Positions 17,855-26,709 are shown, counted from the stretch's first letter. The stretch: DNA of 34,706 nucleotides from Bacteroidota bacterium (GCA_046758305.1 JBHHZW010000001.1:1-34706), one strand, 5' to 3'. Numbers and translations are program-made. Notes: generated from the sequence alone by a model not told the origin.

Positions 17855-17893
17855 GGTCGACTCCTGCTGTGTGGGGGTCGGCCTTTTCTTTTT
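17855..17893 (+). terminator. Rho-independent terminator after ino1
   Basis: The stem GGTCGAC (17855-17861) pairs with GTCGGCC (17877-17883), 7 bp including one G-U, around a 15-nt loop. TTTTCTTTTT follows at 17884-17893. Confidence 0.55.
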
Positions 17894-17960
17894 GCCTCTC
17901 GGTTTGATGTTTCGAAGAGATTTTGGTACTTTAAGGGTTGCGGAGATTCAACGCAATGAT

Positions 17961-19382
17961 ATGCCAGTAGCGCGACAGCTGGACATACATACCCGTCTCA
18001 TCGACGCCATTCACGATCTCTGCTTTGTCCTCTCGTCGGACAACACTATCCTCTATTGCAACAGGAAGGCTGCTGAGGTATTCGGTCATTCGGAAGCGCA
18101 GCTTCGCGGTCTGGATTTTTCCACGTTTATTCACGACGACGTGCGCGATCATTTCCGGAGGTCCCTCCAGGTTCTCTCGTTAAACCAGTCTACGGATATC
18201 GCAGTCAACCTCAATGCTTATGGTAAAGAGCTATTCGGAGAAGTTCGGGTTCACCGAACGAAGATTCAAGAAGGTGAGGTCTTTGTGCTCACGATCCGCG
18301 ATGTGCCTACAGACGAAGAAAAACAGCTCGATCTTCTTCGGTTCTCAAGCGTCATTGAGCACACGATTAATCCCATCCAGATCACCGATGCAAACGGACG
18401 GATGGTTTATGTAAATCCTGCCTTCGAGCGGTCCACAGGCTACTCTCGAGATGAGTTGATTGGCAAAAACCCCAATATTCTGAGGAGCGGCAAGCACAGC
18501 AAGGAGTTCTGGAAAGAAGTGTGGAAGACGATCCTCTCAGGAGAATCCTGGATCGGTGAAATCGAAAACCGACGGAAAAATGGTGAACCGCTTCACACAC
18601 AGCTGATTATTGCTCCGATCGCTGACTCCTCGGAAAAAGTCGTTGGCTTTTTGGGAGCCCATCGTGACATCACGAAGGAAAAATTCCTTCAACAGCAGCT
18701 CATCCGATCGCAGAAAATGGACAGTATCGGCACTCTCTCCGCGGGCATCGCCCACGAGGTCGGAAATCCGCTGGCATCCATTGCCTCGCTCGTCCAGGTG
18801 ATTCAGCGCTCCACCACAGAAGACTTTGTGAGGGAAAAGCTCGACCTGTTCAAGAATCAGATCAATAGGATTTCGACGGTCATTCGACAGCTCGTCGACT
18901 TTTCCCGGCCATCCAACTATGAGCTTCGACCGACAAACGTGAATGCAGTTCTGCGGGAGGCCGTCACGATCGTCCAGTACGGCAAAAAAGCCACACACGT
19001 ACGGTTTGACCTTCAACTTGACGACACGATTCCTCTCCTTAAGGTAGTCCCGGATCAGATCGTTCAGGTCTTCATCAACATTCTGATGAACGCCTATGAC
19101 TCCCTTGAGGGAAAGCCAGGAGAAATTTCTGTTCGGACATACAGAAAAGATAGCGCTGTGTGCGTGACGATCCGGGATACAGGAAAAGGAATCCTGAAGC
19201 GTGACTTGGAGAAGATTTTTGATCCGTTCTTCACGACGAAGGATGTTGGTCAAGGGACGGGACTCGGCCTGTGGGTCAGTTACGGCATTATCAAGTCATT
19301 TGACGGGGACATCACAGTCCACAGCGAGGAGGGAAGAGGGAGTACGTTCACTGTGATCGTACCGATCGACAAGAGGGAATAA
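17961..19382 (+). CDS. PAS-PAS sensor histidine kinase (NtrB-like, apparently cytoplasmic)
   Basis: H-box HEVGNPLASI, N-box NILMNAYDS and G-boxes DTGKGI / GTGLGL are present, with two PAS-like segments upstream. The ORF-track GTG start (17841) would translate through the ino1 terminator, so I prefer the ATG at 17961. ATG 17910 is an alternative. Confidence 0.85.
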   Translation: MPVARQLDIHTRLIDAIHDLCFVLSSDNTILYCNRKAAEVFGHSEAQLRGLDFSTFIHDDVRDHFRRSLQVLSLNQSTDIAVNLNAYGKELFGEVRVHRTKIQEGEVFVLTIRDVPTDEEKQLDLLRFSSVIEHTINPIQITDANGRMVYVNPAFERSTGYSRDELIGKNPNILRSGKHSKEFWKEVWKTILSGESWIGEIENRRKNGEPLHTQLIIAPIADSSEKVVGFLGAHRDITKEKFLQQQLIRSQKMDSIGTLSAGIAHEVGNPLASIASLVQVIQRSTTEDFVREKLDLFKNQINRISTVIRQLVDFSRPSNYELRPTNVNAVLREAVTIVQYGKKATHVRFDLQLDDTIPLLKVVPDQIVQVFINILMNAYDSLEGKPGEISVRTYRKDSAVCVTIRDTGKGILKRDLEKIFDPFFTTKDVGQGTGLGLWVSYGIIKSFDGDITVHSEEGRGSTFTVIVPIDKRE

Positions 19383-19385
19383 GAC

Positions 19386-20747
19386 ATGGCAGATCGCATC
19401 TTGGTCGTCGACGATGAGAAGATCATTCGCGAGTCGCTTTCGTTCATCCTTGAGAAGGAAGGATATGATGTCTCGGAGGCGGCCAACGGCGTGGAGGCAC
19501 TGAAGCAGCTGAAACAGAAGCCTGTCGACATCGTGTTGACCGATCTCGAGATGCCCGAGATGAAAGGAATCGAGCTGCTGGAGCGAGTGACTCGACAGTT
19601 CCCGGAGACATTCGTTATCATCATCACGGCGTATGGCTCGCTCGAGACGGCGATCGCTGCACTGCGCAATGGGGCGTTTGACTACATCCTGAAACCCATC
19701 GAGTTCGACGACGTCCTCCATCGGATCCGACGATTGATTGAGCATCGTCGGCTCGCCCGGGAGAACACGCTGCTACGTCAAGAGCTTCATCAGCAGTACG
19801 ACTTTGATGCGATCATCGGCAAGAGCGCCGCGATGCTGGATGTGTTCGACACGATCAAGAAAGTTTCTCAGACGGACAGGACGGTCCTTATCACCGGCAA
19901 GAGCGGCACGGGGAAAGAACTCGTGGCACGCGCGATCCACTTTAACGGCCGGCGCAAGCAGAATCGATTTGTCGCCGTGAACTGCGGTGCAATCGTGGAG
20001 ACGCTGTTTGAGAGCGAACTCTTCGGTCATAAGAAGGGATCGTTTACAGGCGCGACGGCAGACAGGGATGGTCTGTTTAAAGCCGCGCACGAAGGAACTC
20101 TCTTTCTGGACGAGGTGAGTGAAATACCGATCCATCTTCAGGTGAAGTTGTTGCGGGCGATCGAGCAGAAGGAGATCATTCCTGTTGGGATGACCGACCC
20201 GATTCAGGTGGACGTGCGCATCATCGCGTCAACGAACAAGAATCTGTATGGACTGATGGAAGAAAAAAAATTCCGAGACGATCTCTACTACCGGCTGAAT
20301 GTGGTCGAGATTCACCTGCCCTCGCTCACGGAACGGCCGGAGGACATTCCGCCGCTCCTGCAACACTTTGTGCAACATTACCGGGCGCAGATGATAAAAA
20401 ACGTAAGAGGTTTGACGAACGATGCGGTGAATGCCTTGATGAGGTACCAGTGGAAGGGTGAGGTCCGTGAGCTCCAAAATATCATCGAGCGGGCGATGAT
20501 CTTTTGTGAGGAGGAGTACATTGGACTGGAGCATCTTCCCGAGCACGTGCGGTCGGCCGTGACCGACGGAGATGCGCTTCGATTCCATACCGGCTCGTTG
20601 CTCAAGGATGCTGTCAAAGATTTTGAGAAGCAATACATCAAACGGACGCTTGAGCAATGCCAGAACGACAAAGAGAAAACTGCCAAGCTGCTTGGTATCG
20701 GACTCTCCTCGCTCTATCGAAAGATGGACGAACTCGGCTTTTCGTAG
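19386..20747 (+). CDS. Sigma-54-dependent response regulator (NtrC/AtoC family enhancer-binding protein)
   Basis: REC domain (DIVLTDLEMPEMKG), AAA+ Walker A GKSGTGKE, ESELFGHKKGSFTGA (GAFTGA-type loop), and a C-terminal Fis-type HTH (KEKTAKLLGIGLSSLYRKM). Confidence 0.92.
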   Translation: MADRILVVDDEKIIRESLSFILEKEGYDVSEAANGVEALKQLKQKPVDIVLTDLEMPEMKGIELLERVTRQFPETFVIIITAYGSLETAIAALRNGAFDYILKPIEFDDVLHRIRRLIEHRRLARENTLLRQELHQQYDFDAIIGKSAAMLDVFDTIKKVSQTDRTVLITGKSGTGKELVARAIHFNGRRKQNRFVAVNCGAIVETLFESELFGHKKGSFTGATADRDGLFKAAHEGTLFLDEVSEIPIHLQVKLLRAIEQKEIIPVGMTDPIQVDVRIIASTNKNLYGLMEEKKFRDDLYYRLNVVEIHLPSLTERPEDIPPLLQHFVQHYRAQMIKNVRGLTNDAVNALMRYQWKGEVRELQNIIERAMIFCEEEYIGLEHLPEHVRSAVTDGDALRFHTGSLLKDAVKDFEKQYIKRTLEQCQNDKEKTAKLLGIGLSSLYRKMDELGFS

Positions 20748-20950
20748 CACCTCTGCTCCGTTGGTATTCTCACCTTCTGATTGAACACAGCTTTCTAATT
20801 CCCACCGTACGTTTGGATGGAACTGCGGCTCCTTTCGAACACGCATCGTTCATCAGACCTGTTCGATCGACTTGGATGAGACCCTCGGTGGCAGCCGTTC
20901 CGAACTGATTGATCCTCCTTACCTCCTCCGAGAAGCCGTTTCTGAAAGCG

Positions 20951-20973
20951 AGAACTTCCGTCGGGCAAGTTCT
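20951..20973. promoter_or_regulatory. Dyad symmetry, candidate enhancer (UAS) site
   Basis: AGAACTT-N9-AAGTTCT lies about 80 bp upstream of the -24/-12 element. Related GTTC/GAAC dyads occur at 20837-20851 (GAAC-N7-GTTC), 20861-20871 and 20897-20905 (GTTCCGAAC). Confidence 0.25.
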
Positions 20974-21044
20974 TGTTATTGAGAAATCCCTCGAGGAACA
21001 TGACCTATCGGCAGCAATCTGCGGCCTTTTTGCTGGTCTTCCTT

Positions 21045-21059
21045 TGGCACTATATTTGA
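21045..21059 (+). promoter_or_regulatory. Sigma-54 (-24/-12) promoter candidate upstream of PFOR
   Basis: TGGCAC-tatat-TTGA matches the consensus TGGCAC-N5-TTGC with correct spacing. The one mismatch is at the conserved -12 C. It lies 73 nt upstream of the PFOR ATG and directly downstream of a sigma-54 activator gene. Confidence 0.45.
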
Positions 21060-21131
21060 CCAAAAAAGCAACGGTCCAAGCGTGCGCATCAAGTGTCTGG
21101 TACCATTCGAGGTCATCTTTACGGAGAAGGT

Positions 21132-24100
21132 ATGAAACGCCAGAGTGTTACGATCGACGGCAACGAGGCGGCCGCCTACGTTGCACACAAGGTCAACGAA
21201 GTTATTGCGATCTACCCCATTACCCCGTCGTCCCCCATGGGCGAGCATGCTGACGCATGGTCAGCTGAGGGCCAGGAAAATATCTGGGGTACTGTCCCGA
21301 CAGTAGTCGAGATGCAGAGTGAAGGAGGGGCAGCTGGGGCTGTCCATGGTGCACTACAAACGGGTGCTCTCGCAACGACGTTCACTGCGTCCCAGGGGCT
21401 TCTCTTGATGATTCCCAATATGTTCAAGATTGCCGGTGAGCTGAGCCCAACAGTATTCCACGTCTCCGCTCGCGCAGTGGCGACGCACGCGCTTTCGATC
21501 TTCGGGGACCACAGCGATGTGATGGCAGTTCGCAGCACCGGATTTGCTTTCCTTGCCTCCAATTCTGTTCAGGAAGTGATGGATTTCGCGCTCATCGCTC
21601 AGGCCGCAGCACTTGAATCGCGCATCCCGTTTGTCCATTTCTTCGATGGATTCCGTACATCTCATGAGGTGTCAAAAATCGAGCAGCTGACCATAGAGGA
21701 CATGCGCGCAATGATCGACGAGGACCTCGTGATGGCGCATCGTGCGCGCGCACTCTCGCCAGATCATCCCGTGTTGCGCGGGTCCGCGCAGAATCCTGAT
21801 GTATTCTTCCAGGCTAGGGAGACGGTCAACCCGTTCTATCTTGCGTGTCCCGGCATTGTCCAGAAGGTAATGGACAGGTTGGCCAGCCTTATCGGCCGGC
21901 AATACCATCTCTTCGATTACGTGGGTGCACCCGACGCTGAACGTGTTATCGTCTTGATGGGCTCCGGCGCTGAGACTGTCCACGAGACAGTGGAGTATCT
22001 TACTGCACGGGGAGAAAAAGTTGGCGCGCTGAAGGTTCGCTTATACCGTCCCTTCTCGGTGGAGCATTTTCTGAATGCCCTTCCATCTTCCGTCAAGACT
22101 GTTGCGGTTCTCGACCGGACAAAGGAGCCCGGCAGCGCTGGTGAGCCGCTCTATGTTGACGTCGTTGCCGCGATCTTCGAAGCACTTGCAGCAGGAAACG
22201 CGCGTTTCCCACACTTTCTAAGGGTAGTCGGTGGACGTTACGGTCTCTCGTCGAAGGAATTCACGCCGGCAATGGCAAAAGGGGTGTTGGAGGAAATGAA
22301 AAGGGAAAATCCGAAGAATCACTTCACTGTTGGCATTGTGGACGATGTTAGCCACAGCAGCATCGAATACGATCCTTCCTTCACGACTGAGATAGACGAC
22401 ATTTTCCGTGGGGTTTTCTACGGTCTCGGAGCGGACGGCACGGTAAGTGCGAACAAGAACTCGATTAAGATCATCGGAGAGGAAACCGATAATTTTGCTC
22501 AGGGATATTTCGTGTACGACTCCAAGAAGGCAGGATCCGTTACGATTTCGCACCTGCGATTTGGCCCGAGCTCCATCCGATCTGCGTATCTCATCAACGA
22601 AGCGAAATTCGTCGCGTGCCATCAGTTTGTCTTCCTTGAGCGCTATGATATGCTCAAGCATGCCGTCAAGGGGGCGACATTTCTCCTGAACAGTCCTTAC
22701 GGGCCTGAGGGGGTCTGGGATAAACTGCCAAAGCGGGTCCAGGAGCAAATCATTGCGAAGAACCTGAAGTTTTACGTGATCGACGCGTCCAATGTCGCTA
22801 AATCGACCGGTATGGGAGCTCGGATCAACACGATCATGCAAACTTGTTTCTTTGCAATCTCGGGGATTCTTCCAAAGGACGAAGCCATTGCAAAGATCAA
22901 GGGCTCCATAAGAAAGACTTACGGAGCTAAGGGGGAAGAAATCGTCCGCAAGAACTATGAAGCGGTTGATCAGACCCTCGCCAACTTGTTCGAAGTCTGC
23001 GTGCCGTCACAGGTTACCAGTTCGTTCGACGTGTCGCCTTCAGTATCACCGAAAGCTCCCGAATTTGTGCAAGACGTGGCGGCGAAAATCATCGCTGGAA
23101 ACGGTGACGCGATTCCTGTCAGCGCGCTGCCAGTCGATGGGACGTTCCCCACCGGCACAGCACAGTGGGAAAAGCGCAACATTGCACTCGAGATCCCGGT
23201 ATGGGATCAGGAAATCTGCATCCAATGCAACAAGTGCGTCATCGTCTGTCCGCACGCCACAATTCGGGCGAAAGTCTATGACCCGAAATATCTCGCTGAC
23301 GCTCCCCCAACCTTCAAAGTAGTGGATTACCGCGGGAGGGAGCATCCCAACATGAAGTACACGCTGCAGGTCGCACCGGAGGACTGCACCGGATGTGGGC
23401 TCTGTGTCGATTTCTGTCCGGTGAAGAACAAGAAGGAAACACGGCTCAAGGCGATCAACATGCAGCCGCAGGTCCCGCTGCGCGAACAGGAACGGGAGAA
23501 TTACGAATTCTTCCTGAAGCTTCCTGACCTTGAACGTCGTCTCGTCGATGTTAACTCGGTGAAAGGATGTCAATTCTTTCAGCCGCTCTTTGAATACTCG
23601 GGTGCATGCTCGGGTTGTGGCGAGACGCCGTACGTCAAGCTGGTGAGTCAGCTTTTCGGCGACCGAGCGATCATCGGAAACGCAACCGGTTGCTCCTCCA
23701 TCTACGGCGGCAACCTGCCGACTACCCCATGGACAACGGATGCCGAGGGGCGAGGTCCTACTTGGTCGAACTCGTTGTTTGAGGACAATGCCGAGTTTGG
23801 TCTGGGATTCCGAGTCACGATCGATAAGCAGAAAGAATTTGCTGAGGAACTGTTAAGGAGAATGTCTGCTGAGATCGGCGTTGACCTTGTCGCGCAACTG
23901 ATCGAAGCGGATCAATCGGATGAAGCTGGCATTTATGAGCAGCGAGAGCGAGTAGGCGTCCTTAAGGCGAGGTTGGAATCGTTCACGTCGTCAGGGGCAA
24001 GACATCTCCTCAGCCTCGTCGACGCTCTTGTGAAGAAGAGCGTCTGGATCATTGGCGGCGACGGCTGGGCGTATGACATCGGCTATGGCGGCCTGGATCA

Positions 24101-24707
24101 TGTTCTGTCGCTGGGACGCGACGTCAATCTCTTGGTTCTTGATACCGAAGTGTACTCGAATACCGGTGGGCAAATGTCGAAGGCGACACCTCGTGCCGCA
24201 GTGGCAAAATTTGCTGCTGCCGGGAAGCCGACCGCGAAGAAGGATCTGGCGATGATGGCGATGAGTTACGGAACCGCCTACGTCGCGAAAGTAGCAATGG
24301 GTGCGAACGATACGCAAACCGTCCGCGCGTTCCTCGAAGCCGAACGCTACAGAGGACCTTCGCTCATCATTGCTTACAGCCATTGCATTGAGCATGGTAT
24401 CGACATGGCCCTCGGGATGAGGAACCAGAAATTGGCGGTCGAAGCTGGGTACTGGCCGCTGTTCCGCTACAACCCTGATCTCTTGAAGGAGAACAAGAAT
24501 CCATTGATCCTCGATTCGAAGCCGCCGAAAATTCCGCTTGAACAGTACGCTTACACGGAGACACGGTACAAGATGCTCGCGAAGAGCAAGCCAGAGGAAG
24601 CCAAGCGACTCCTGAAACTGGCACAGGAAGATGTAACCTCCCGATGGCGTCTGTACGAACAAATGGCAGCATGGAAGTTTCACGGGGAAATGAAGGAAAA
24701 TCACTAG
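21132..24707 (+). CDS. nifJ: Pyruvate:ferredoxin (flavodoxin) oxidoreductase, single-polypeptide NifJ/PFOR type
   Basis: About 1190 aa. Two ferredoxin-type motifs (CIQCNKCVIVCP and CTGCGLCVDFCP) and a TPP-binding GGDGWAYDIGYGGLDH. I chose the ATG at 21132 (MKRQSVTIDGNEAAAYVA..) behind the SD GGAGAAGG, rather than the GTG at 21093. Confidence 0.95.
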   Translation: MKRQSVTIDGNEAAAYVAHKVNEVIAIYPITPSSPMGEHADAWSAEGQENIWGTVPTVVEMQSEGGAAGAVHGALQTGALATTFTASQGLLLMIPNMFKIAGELSPTVFHVSARAVATHALSIFGDHSDVMAVRSTGFAFLASNSVQEVMDFALIAQAAALESRIPFVHFFDGFRTSHEVSKIEQLTIEDMRAMIDEDLVMAHRARALSPDHPVLRGSAQNPDVFFQARETVNPFYLACPGIVQKVMDRLASLIGRQYHLFDYVGAPDAERVIVLMGSGAETVHETVEYLTARGEKVGALKVRLYRPFSVEHFLNALPSSVKTVAVLDRTKEPGSAGEPLYVDVVAAIFEALAAGNARFPHFLRVVGGRYGLSSKEFTPAMAKGVLEEMKRENPKNHFTVGIVDDVSHSSIEYDPSFTTEIDDIFRGVFYGLGADGTVSANKNSIKIIGEETDNFAQGYFVYDSKKAGSVTISHLRFGPSSIRSAYLINEAKFVACHQFVFLERYDMLKHAVKGATFLLNSPYGPEGVWDKLPKRVQEQIIAKNLKFYVIDASNVAKSTGMGARINTIMQTCFFAISGILPKDEAIAKIKGSIRKTYGAKGEEIVRKNYEAVDQTLANLFEVCVPSQVTSSFDVSPSVSPKAPEFVQDVAAKIIAGNGDAIPVSALPVDGTFPTGTAQWEKRNIALEIPVWDQEICIQCNKCVIVCPHATIRAKVYDPKYLADAPPTFKVVDYRGREHPNMKYTLQVAPEDCTGCGLCVDFCPVKNKKETRLKAINMQPQVPLREQERENYEFFLKLPDLERRLVDVNSVKGCQFFQPLFEYSGACSGCGETPYVKLVSQLFGDRAIIGNATGCSSIYGGNLPTTPWTTDAEGRGPTWSNSLFEDNAEFGLGFRVTIDKQKEFAEELLRRMSAEIGVDLVAQLIEADQSDEAGIYEQRERVGVLKARLESFTSSGARHLLSLVDALVKKSVWIIGGDGWAYDIGYGGLDHVLSLGRDVNLLVLDTEVYSNTGGQMSKATPRAAVAKFAAAGKPTAKKDLAMMAMSYGTAYVAKVAMGANDTQTVRAFLEAERYRGPSLIIAYSHCIEHGIDMALGMRNQKLAVEAGYWPLFRYNPDLLKENKNPLILDSKPPKIPLEQYAYTETRYKMLAKSKPEEAKRLLKLAQEDVTSRWRLYEQMAAWKFHGEMKENH

Positions 24708-24747
24708 GGAAGTCGTTAGCCAGAGCGATCTCCAGAGAGGTACTATC

Positions 24748-25746
24748 ATGGACCTTTCAACGACCTACATGGGGATGCGATTGAAGAATCCTATTGTTCC
24801 CTCTGCATCTCCGCTCTCCGCTGAACTCGACAATATCCGCGCGATGGAGGATGCCGGTGCGGCGGCGGTGGTCCTCTTTTCACTGTTCGAGGAGCAAATC
24901 ATCCATGAGGCGCTCGAGCTCGATCATTATCTCTCCCGCGGAACCGAAAGCTTCCCTGAAGCGCTGACGTACTATCCGGCGATCAGTGAATTTCGTCTGG
25001 GAACGGAGGAGTATCTCGAGCACATCCGAAAAACCAAAGAGGCTGTCGAGATTCCGGTCATTGGAAGCCTCAACGGCACCACGGTAGGCGGCTGGATGGA
25101 GTACGCACGCAAGATTCAGCAAGCAGGTGCAGACGCTTTGGAACTCAACATGTACTTTATCCCTACAGATCCCCAACTAACGAGTGCAGAAATCGAATCC
25201 GTCTATCTGGAAACCCTCAGGGTAGTCAAGAGTTCTGTCACCATTCCCGTCGCGATGAAGCTCAGTCCCTTCTTTACAAACATGGCGAACATGGCCAAGC
25301 GATTGGATGATGCCGGTGCAAATGCTCTCGTCCTCTTCAACCGATTCTATCAGCCCGACATCGATCTGGGAACCCTCGAAGTTGTCCCCGGTATTCGGCT
25401 CAGTACTTCACAATCGACTCGTATCCCGCTTCGCTGGCTGGCCATACTCTATGGCCGTCTGCGCGCAAATCTGGCTGCAACGACGGGAGTTCACTCAGGT
25501 GAGGACGTGCTGAAAATGCTCATGGCTGGCGCAGACGTCACCATGATGTGCGCGGCTCTTCTGAAGAACGGCATCCGCCACATCAGCCGAGTTCTGAGCG
25601 ACATGGAGCAGTGGATGAGCGAACACGAGTATGTTTCCGTGGAACAAATGAAAGGGAGTATGAGCCACAAGTGTTGTGCAGATCCCTCCACCTTTGAGCG
25701 CGCAAACTACATGAAAGCTTTGCAGCGCTTCAGATCGACTGTGTAG
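24748..25746 (+). CDS. Dihydroorotate dehydrogenase-like (PyrD-family TIM-barrel flavoprotein) protein
   Basis: 332 aa. N-terminus MGMRLKNPIVPSASPLS and class-1 DHOD-like barrel segments (GADALELNMY, VAMKLSPFF). It starts 40 nt after PFOR and has an SD. Confidence 0.75.
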   Translation: MDLSTTYMGMRLKNPIVPSASPLSAELDNIRAMEDAGAAAVVLFSLFEEQIIHEALELDHYLSRGTESFPEALTYYPAISEFRLGTEEYLEHIRKTKEAVEIPVIGSLNGTTVGGWMEYARKIQQAGADALELNMYFIPTDPQLTSAEIESVYLETLRVVKSSVTIPVAMKLSPFFTNMANMAKRLDDAGANALVLFNRFYQPDIDLGTLEVVPGIRLSTSQSTRIPLRWLAILYGRLRANLAATTGVHSGEDVLKMLMAGADVTMMCAALLKNGIRHISRVLSDMEQWMSEHEYVSVEQMKGSMSHKCCADPSTFERANYMKALQRFRSTV

Positions 25747-26240
25747 CGTTGCGAGGAGCTTATTTTCCTATAAGGATTCACTCCCTATGGAGCTATTGGA
25801 CCTAGTTTTCGGTTTGCGCGTGGGAGCAGAGATGTTTGCAGGTGAACCATGAAAGAAATGAAAAAGGATATGTTGGTATTAGATACCAAAACCTGAGTTC
25901 TTTAAGCGCATGGGATGAACCTGGGACGCCCACGTCATATGAACGGCTTACCGACTGGGATACGCACGTTCCACTAGAGATCGGTGAGTTTGTCGAAACC
26001 AAGTAGCTCACCTTCTTGAGATGATGTACCTTCCTGTATTTTTGAGGCGCAACAAAATCCCGAAGAGATTTCAACTCGCAGAACTTCTCCGTCTATATCT
26101 TTTTGGTGGGATCTCTTACCGGATTGCTGTATCTTATCACGTAGAGTAAATCCATACGATACATTCGTTGAAGGTAGGGCGGTAGCGCTCGTGTCATTTA
26201 AGGGCAACCAAGTTGAAAATCTACCGAGAGGTGAAATCTG

Positions 26241-26684
26241 ATGGCGACGAAACACGCAGTGGTTCGACAGATCCAGGGTATCACTCTTGCCGCCAAAGCG
26301 GACTCTAACCATTGGGTCATCATGGACGGACTGGAAACGTTTGGCGGCAGTGGCGCCGGACCGCGTCCGAAAGAGCTGCTCCTCATGGCGCTCGGCGGGT
26401 GCACGGCAAGCGACGTGATTTCGATTTTGAAGAAAAAGCGCGCGCCGGTAGAGGGATTTGAGGTGCGGCTCACCGGCAGTACCCAGGAAGAGCATCCGCA
26501 AGTGTTCACAGATATTCACATCGAGTACCTCGTCTACGGCCATGAAATCAACCCGAAGGATGTGGAACGAGCGATAGAGCTATCGTCGACGAAATATTGT
26601 TCGGTGACAGCAATGCTCAGCCCGAGCGTGGGCATCACCCACTCTTACAAGGTGAAGCCGCCTTTAGCGCGCTCTGTGAAATAG
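26241..26684 (+). CDS. osmC: OsmC/Ohr-family peroxiredoxin-like protein
   Basis: 147 aa. GPRPKELLLMALGGCTASDV and STKYCSVTAML carry the two conserved Cys of the OsmC fold. Confidence 0.85.
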   Translation: MATKHAVVRQIQGITLAAKADSNHWVIMDGLETFGGSGAGPRPKELLLMALGGCTASDVISILKKKRAPVEGFEVRLTGSTQEEHPQVFTDIHIEYLVYGHEINPKDVERAIELSSTKYCSVTAMLSPSVGITHSYKVKPPLARSVK

Positions 26685-26709
26685 AGACCATTAACGATAG
26701 AGTCGTGAT

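Noticed and set aside
17841-17960. The GTG start at 17841 for the histidine kinase (ORF-track version, 513 aa)
   Set aside because: This extension would translate straight through the ino1 terminator hairpin and T-tract. Its only 'TM-like' segment is encoded by that terminator, so an internal ATG is more plausible.
16908-24749. Long antisense ORFs inside ino1 (16908-17678), the kinase (18537-19253), the sigma-54 activator (20229-20846) and PFOR (22218-22841, 23991-24749)
   Set aside because: Each lies opposite a gene with unambiguous catalytic motifs. Their translations are low-complexity (R/S/P/H-rich) with no motifs. They are typical shadow frames in moderately GC-rich coding DNA.
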